DNA from: an uncultured Bacteroides sp.
GTDB lineage: Bacteria > Bacteroidota > Bacteroidia > Bacteroidales > UBA932
Length of the DNA stretch: 64,000 bases
Direction: 5' to 3'
Assembly (NCBI GenBank): GCA_900546925.1
Contig: UREV01000008.1
Coordinates: forward strand, 7,965 to 71,964
Within the stretch, counting starts at the first letter, position 1; every line of letters begins with the position of its first letter. The position numbers and the translations under genes were made by a program. Positions 58,639-64,000 of this stretch are shown here, piece by piece. The notes under the pieces are model-generated. The model was not told the origin of the DNA, ran no database searches, and was given only the letters and a program-made list of their open reading frames with translations.

Positions 58639-60789
58639 TTATTGCACCCGGACGTATTTTACGGGGCGAATCATGAGGCCGGTGGGGCGACCAGCGGTAC
58701 TTACGACATTTGCTGTCGTTCCACTAATATTAAGTGCATAGATGGTGCGTTTCTTGTTTGCCGTACCACTCACATTGTTACTGCTTGTTCCAATGGTGCT
58801 ACTCTGTAGGTATGTATCTGATGTCCATTTCTCTGTATTTGCATTGTCATCAATATATCCAGTTCCAGGAATTAGAATGCTGTTTCCATTACTTTTGCTT
58901 GTCAAACGGAACCATGTATGGCCATCTATTGATTCATTCGTGACGGTGATATTTAGGCAAAGTAACTCAAAATCCTTAGCAGTAGGAATACACCAACCGG
59001 CAGGCCAGTTAACCCGAACGATATCATCTTCTGGCTTTAAGTCTCTGGTATCTTTGTCAGTAGCGGATGTGTTATCGTAGTTGTATTTAGCAGTCAATGA
59101 ACCATCAGCATAACCCTTGGTGCTGAACCTATCTGGTTCCTCAAGATATCCCCATGGAAGGCGCATACCGAGATTCTTTGTACACAAAGAAATATAATAA
59201 TCCTCGTTAATAGGCGCACCATTGTAGGTCTTCAAGTCAACCTTCGACTCCACTCCATAGTTGAAAGGGCTCCACAGAAGTTTATAGGTCACTTGCTTGC
59301 CATTCTCAGTAACTGTCTTTGTTATGCCAAGGTCAACCGCGAGGTCATCGATATGCCTTTCGATGATGTCTTTCTTATTGTCATCGGAATAGATGTAGAG
59401 TTCCTTCAGCACGGGGCGGATGCAGCAGCCAAACGGGCGGTAGATATTGGAAGTTTGTGTAGGCGAATAGAGTGAGGTGTAATATCCTGCAGACGTCCTG
59501 TTAGCCGACATATAATAAAAATACGTGTGGTTTACGATATTTGAGCCATTCATATAACCATTGGTCAAGAATGTAATCTCCTTGCTGTTTATCTTGCTGC
59601 GGAGTGTTATTTTGTTGATATCTCTGTCTATCTCATCGCTGTGGATGGTCTCTCGACTCACCTCCTCGGTATTGGCAATCAGTTCGTTGATGTCTGCCGC
59701 GCTGGGCATCGACCAGTGACCTCCCCACAGCTGCTTGGCTGCGTCATATACCGTCCCGGTAATGTCCGAAGGCATGATGTTCCATGAGCCATCTATATAT
59801 GAGCGATCATTGTAGGAGTCCTTCTCGAAGAGCTCTCCCCATGCCAATCTCTTGCCGAGCTTGTTGATGACGGCGGCAATCTCGGAGGCGTTCATATAGG
59901 TGTCGGCCATACAATTACTGCTCTCCACACCGAGGTTGACAGGACTCCATCTCACTCCCGACGGAAGACCGAGATCTATGGCACAACGCTCATCCATACG
60001 ATAGGTATAGACGATGGCATGGCGACCGTTTTTCACCTTAATATCAGGGCAGTTGTAGGAATACTCCTTGATGCCGGTATATTTGTCGCCAATGGTGTAT
60101 GTGCCGTTTATCGACAATTTCTGAAGAGATGGAGAGTTGAGGATATAGCGATAGTGCTCCACCTTGTTGTTATCCACGGTCTTGGTAAACTTGTACATCG
60201 ACGCCCAATTGCAGGTATGATCCTGGGTAAACGAGTGATAGATGTCTATTTTGGCGTATTTGTGCTTGAATCCCAAGGTTGTCACGGCATTCGTCTGTGG
60301 ACCGGTGGGTTCGGTGTACATCCAGTCGGTGGCTGCCTGTTCGCTTTGGTCATCGGCGGGAGCAGTCAGGAGGTTTTGTATTTCGGCTGTGCTTGCGCAG
60401 TTGTCGAAGCCTGCGGAATAAGGATAATAAGCCACGTATTTATATCCCAATTTATGCACCACCTCCTTGATGTCCGACTCTAGGTTCCATGCCTTGCCGT
60501 CGGGAGTGGTGAGCTTGAGGTTCTTGGCATTCTTGCCGTCTATCTGTGTCACAAATGCCCCGCTTCCGTCGATGATGAAAAGACCAAAGGAGTCGCCCTT
60601 CTTGAAGTCGCGGGTCACTTCGTTGGAATTAACGTCTATCACCTCTCCCTTTGTCTGCGGCTCTTCGATGACAGTCACCTCAAACCTCATGGCATGACCT
60701 TCTGCCGACGACTCCGACGACGTGTATATGTCGTCACTGCATGCTGTGAGTATAAGACCTATTATTATATATATCAGTTTCTTCATCAT
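58639..60789 (-). CDS. Fimbrillin/Mfa-like lipoprotein with two CLec-type C-terminal domains
   Basis: Lipobox LTAC, F..GDSFGLF, AYYPY, DQ, F.H; AIDLGLPSG.RW...NLG, W.MP, G..IRPV twice. Confidence 0.8.
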   Translation of the reverse strand: MMKKLIYIIIGLILTACSDDIYTSSESSAEGHAMRFEVTVIEEPQTKGEVIDVNSNEVTRDFKKGDSFGLFIIDGSGAFVTQIDGKNAKNLKLTTPDGKAWNLESDIKEVVHKLGYKYVAYYPYSAGFDNCASTAEIQNLLTAPADDQSEQAATDWMYTEPTGPQTNAVTTLGFKHKYAKIDIYHSFTQDHTCNWASMYKFTKTVDNNKVEHYRYILNSPSLQKLSINGTYTIGDKYTGIKEYSYNCPDIKVKNGRHAIVYTYRMDERCAIDLGLPSGVRWSPVNLGVESSNCMADTYMNASEIAAVINKLGKRLAWGELFEKDSYNDRSYIDGSWNIMPSDITGTVYDAAKQLWGGHWSMPSAADINELIANTEEVSRETIHSDEIDRDINKITLRSKINSKEITFLTNGYMNGSNIVNHTYFYYMSANRTSAGYYTSLYSPTQTSNIYRPFGCCIRPVLKELYIYSDDNKKDIIERHIDDLAVDLGITKTVTENGKQVTYKLLWSPFNYGVESKVDLKTYNGAPINEDYYISLCTKNLGMRLPWGYLEEPDRFSTKGYADGSLTAKYNYDNTSATDKDTRDLKPEDDIVRVNWPAGWCIPTAKDFELLCLNITVTNESIDGHTWFRLTSKSNGNSILIPGTGYIDDNANTEKWTSDTYLQSSTIGTSSNNVSGTANKKRTIYALNISGTTANVVSTAGRPTGLMIRPVKYVRVQ

Positions 60790-62675
60790 TACTCTACTGT
60801 TATGCGTATGGAGCTGCGTGTCTCAGTATTGGTGTTCCAGTTCTTTCCGCCATACACAGGTCGGATTAACATACCCGTATATCGGTGACCGTTTTGGGTC
60901 AATCCCATCAGGGTGACAGTATTGCCATTTTGGTCTTTATACGTCGAGGACTTGATTCGTGGAGTGGTAGGTTTCATATACCCATTCTCATCTATAGTCC
61001 TGTTTGCCTCCATTTCCATATAGCTTGCACAGGCTATATCGCTGTGGGAGGCTGAGGAGGCGAAGTAATACATGCCGCCGTAGTCCTCGCTCCAGGATGT
61101 CGTGGAGTGGTAGTTGCCGATGGCGTTTCTTGAGCGGCATGACAGCTCATCAATGCTCCAGTCAGACCATGTGCCTCCGGGGATATAAAGCTCCTCACCG
61201 TTTATCTTGCTCTTAAACTTATAGATGACCACAAGATAGCGGAAGGGTCTTACAGCGTCAGTGCCATAAAACTCAGAGTTATCCTGATGCAGGTTTTTGT
61301 ATGTTCCATCTGTATTTTTCTCTGCTATCCATTTCGCGTATCTCACGTTGTCCTCGTAATACCAGCCATGTACAGATATTTCGCTGTTGCGCATCAGTTC
61401 GTCAATCTCATTTTCGTTGGGTATGCGCCATTCGCCCTTCCACAGTTTGTTTCTCACCACGTCATATTCCGAACCGGCGATATTACCGTCGATAGGTGAA
61501 TAGGAATAGGTTCTGTCGATATATGTTCCCGGGTAATAACCCTTTTCCGAACCGGCTATAAACGAGGTCACTCCCGCAGCGTTTGTGGTCAGAGCATCGC
61601 CCACGGCAGTCACCTTTCCTTCGCCATTGACGATGACAGCCGGTTGCTCATATTTTGTCTCCAGTTCGCCCCAGGAGTAATAGTCGCCACGGTCGAAACT
61701 CTTATGCAGTTCACTCGACATCAGGTCAGTTAGCTCTTCTCCTTTGGCATTATACCATTTTCCGCCTCGCTTCTTCTGGTCGGCTGCACTCTCCGACCCC
61801 AAGTTATATGCCGCCCATATACATCCCGAAGGGAAGCCCATATCCACACCTGCGGTCTTATAGGATTCGGTGGGTTGTGAGGAGATGGAGATGAGGATGG
61901 CATTATTTTCCTTCATCTCCACCTTTGTCTGCCAGAAGGAATAGGAAGGAGCTTCGCTCTCGTCGGTATGATTAGATTTGGCCGTACCGTATATCTGCAG
62001 TTCATTTTGCGGCAGGGTGACATAGCGATAGGTGCTTTTGCCTTCGGGCAGGTACATCTTGCCAAGTGCCACTGGCGCCTCTATCGTCAGGTCGGAATAG
62101 TCGCCATTATAGAACACCTGCAGCAGACTCATGGCATGGGTGAAGGAGAATCTCATCCTTGGTGCTGTCCATTCAGGCTTATCGCATACCAGCAGGTCGG
62201 CAGCACAATACTTCTCCAGTGTTGACTGGTCGGCATATTTGGTGTTGAACGCTGACGTGTATATCTTTTTTATATCATCCACCGACTTGCATTCCGTGTA
62301 TTGTGCATCGTAGGGTGCATAGGCAAAATACTTGTATTCAGAGTCGTAATATATCTTAGAAGTGACAACATTGCCGGAGCCATCCACAGGATAGGCATTG
62401 CCGGTCTTTGCCACCACATATCTGAGGTTGTTGGCCACAATTTTTCCGCTTTTATCCACCACGAACACCCCGAGGTCATCACCCTCGGCAAACGTGGTGT
62501 AGATACCGTTGTTGACCGACGCTCTTGTAGATACATCCTGCGTCTTTCCGACAAACGAAGCCACATCAACACTTATCTCCATCGGCATTTTCTCCGTTTC
62601 GAGGTGATTGTCGGTGGAGCATGCCGCAAATGCGATAGCTACAAATAATATATATAATATGTGCTTCATAATCAT
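60789..62675 (-). CDS. Fimbrillin/Mfa-like lipoprotein with CLec-type C-terminal domain
   Basis: Lipobox FAAC, TRA, F.EGD.LGVF, AYAPY, DQS, F.HAM; VDMGFPSG.IWA.YNLG, WRIP, G.LIRPV. Confidence 0.8.
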   Translation of the reverse strand: MIMKHILYILFVAIAFAACSTDNHLETEKMPMEISVDVASFVGKTQDVSTRASVNNGIYTTFAEGDDLGVFVVDKSGKIVANNLRYVVAKTGNAYPVDGSGNVVTSKIYYDSEYKYFAYAPYDAQYTECKSVDDIKKIYTSAFNTKYADQSTLEKYCAADLLVCDKPEWTAPRMRFSFTHAMSLLQVFYNGDYSDLTIEAPVALGKMYLPEGKSTYRYVTLPQNELQIYGTAKSNHTDESEAPSYSFWQTKVEMKENNAILISISSQPTESYKTAGVDMGFPSGCIWAAYNLGSESAADQKKRGGKWYNAKGEELTDLMSSELHKSFDRGDYYSWGELETKYEQPAVIVNGEGKVTAVGDALTTNAAGVTSFIAGSEKGYYPGTYIDRTYSYSPIDGNIAGSEYDVVRNKLWKGEWRIPNENEIDELMRNSEISVHGWYYEDNVRYAKWIAEKNTDGTYKNLHQDNSEFYGTDAVRPFRYLVVIYKFKSKINGEELYIPGGTWSDWSIDELSCRSRNAIGNYHSTTSWSEDYGGMYYFASSASHSDIACASYMEMEANRTIDENGYMKPTTPRIKSSTYKDQNGNTVTLMGLTQNGHRYTGMLIRPVYGGKNWNTNTETRSSIRITVE

Positions 62676-62677
62676 TA

Positions 62678-64000
62678 TTATTGTTTTTTAATCTCCCTCA
62701 CCAACACTGGCCTTATGGCAAATCCGTTATATCGCTTATGCTTTTGAATGGCATTGTCCTTGGACGACATTTGTCCTATGCTCGGGTTACTAGGATCAAT
62801 CTCGTATTTTGTATAAAAGGCGTAGGACTCCTCTTCGACCTTCTTTTCGCCTCCTGCAGTTGCGGAAGCAGGCGTGGATGTCCAGTAGCAGCACATAGCC
62901 TTCTCCACCTTCTTGTAGGTTTTTGTCTTTTCGTCAAGACCGGCATATCCCGTGATGGGCAGATAGATGAGACCTGTCACTTTGCCTTCTGAATCCTTCT
63001 TCTGCACCTTCCATACCGAAGCGTCGAAGTCGAGGTTCTCCTCTGACCCCGTACCAGTGTCCACCTTCTTGACTGTTGACCATGTCCAGTCACATTTATC
63101 AATTATTTTTTCCCACATCGCCTTTGTCGGGGTCATCCAAAACCAGTGGCCTTCGCCAAGCATGTGTTTCACTGCATCATGTTCAGTATAGGCTATATCT
63201 GTAGTGGCACTGCTGGTATATCCTTCGGGAGAGTAGAGCGTTTCCTCTTTTCTTGCCACCTCTCCCCAAGAGAAGAGGTGTCCTGTTTCAAGGGTTTCTT
63301 TGGCCCCGAGGTTGCAGGTAGCCCAGAGCACATCGTAGTCCTTGTTTTCGTACTTCATTGTCATGCCTAAGCTGACGAACACCATCTGTGCAGTAATATA
63401 GCCTGTCTGATGCCAGGTAAGCTGGGGAGTGACTACTATCTCGATGGACTCGGTGTTATCTATATTGTATGTGGTGCAATGCGATATCTCTATAGTGTTG
63501 AGTTTTACCTCTTTCTCTTTAAGCGAGAAGTTGAAGGTATATATCTTTCCTGCCTCAAACTTATTGTTGGTGATGGCTGTTGAGTTGAGATTGAGTTGAT
63601 ATGTCAGATAGTTGGTGTCGATGGTGAACTTCAGCGGCACACCGTTGAAATTGCCGTCGAGTGGAAAGCAGAGGTTATAGAATCTGCCGCTGTTGTTCAT
63701 CGGTATCGTCACTTGGCCGATACTGGTGGTGAGTTTGTTGTAATATCCCGACTTGTCTGCCTGCTCTGCAATTGCGCCATCGGCAAATCTTAGCTTATCG
63801 GGATATATCTTCGAACCGTCATCAGACGCCATCTTTATGCCTGTGATGATGATGTCGGATGTTGTGCTGTTTGTAATGTTGAAGCGGATGATGGCACAGG
63901 CGGAGTTGAAATGCGAGACATTGGCAACAACGGCATTGTCATCCACCGACTTCAAGGTGGTGGAGGTATATACGTAGGAATAGTCTTTTAATGCGCTGAG
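62678..64000 (-). CDS. Fimbrillin-like protein with CLec-type C-terminal domain (5' end beyond the window)
   Basis: Frame open to the window edge; AGKIY, WATCNLGA, FSWGE, YWTST, GFAIRPV. Confidence 0.75.
   Translation of the reverse strand, partial: LSALKDYSYVYTSTTLKSVDDNAVVANVSHFNSACAIIRFNITNSTTSDIIITGIKMASDDGSKIYPDKLRFADGAIAEQADKSGYYNKLTTSIGQVTIPMNNSGRFYNLCFPLDGNFNGVPLKFTIDTNYLTYQLNLNSTAITNNKFEAGKIYTFNFSLKEKEVKLNTIEISHCTTYNIDNTESIEIVVTPQLTWHQTGYITAQMVFVSLGMTMKYENKDYDVLWATCNLGAKETLETGHLFSWGEVARKEETLYSPEGYTSSATTDIAYTEHDAVKHMLGEGHWFWMTPTKAMWEKIIDKCDWTWSTVKKVDTGTGSEENLDFDASVWKVQKKDSEGKVTGLIYLPITGYAGLDEKTKTYKKVEKAMCCYWTSTPASATAGGEKKVEEESYAFYTKYEIDPSNPSIGQMSSKDNAIQKHKRYNGFAIRPVLVREIKKQ

Noticed and set aside
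58639..64000. Complete diversity-generating retroelement
   Set aside because: No reverse transcriptase, Avd or adenine-mismatched TR/VR pair was seen in the window.

Overview
A 64-kb chromosomal segment from a Bacteroidales-like bacterium, judged from TAnnTTTG -7 promoter boxes, a TonB receptor, a SusC fragment, lipoproteins and fimbrillin-type proteins. Bases 1-37 kb are mostly housekeeping: rmuC, kbl/tdh threonine catabolism, metH-metF, a Na+-translocating (methylmalonyl-CoA-type) decarboxylase operon, a phosphate transporter facing a PhoBR-like pair, nth, ftsE-like, Cys/Met PLP enzymes, pyrF and an S9 peptidase. Bases 42-58.5 kb mix intact singleton genes with many short gene relics (MntA, SDR, SusC/CcsA chimera, DUF799, Ogt, patatin, flavin reductase, DinB). 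That stretch also holds a PIF1-HRDC helicase and a tripartite HipBST-like toxin-antitoxin module with three operators. It is followed by three tandem fimbrillin-like genes with CLec-type C-termini. The most unusual signal is non-coding: several families of dispersed, strand-biased palindromic elements that show compensatory changes. One family has a conserved GCGAAT-T(G/A)CGNAG(C/T)A-CCTGAGCG core with a DNA-type GNA triloop, and several families are concatenated in the 1.15-kb gap at 38550-39700. There is also a 144-nt hairpin in the predicted kbl leader. No rRNA, tRNA, CRISPR array, intact transposase, integrase or reverse transcriptase was recognised. All family assignments come from motif recognition by eye; no database searches were run.
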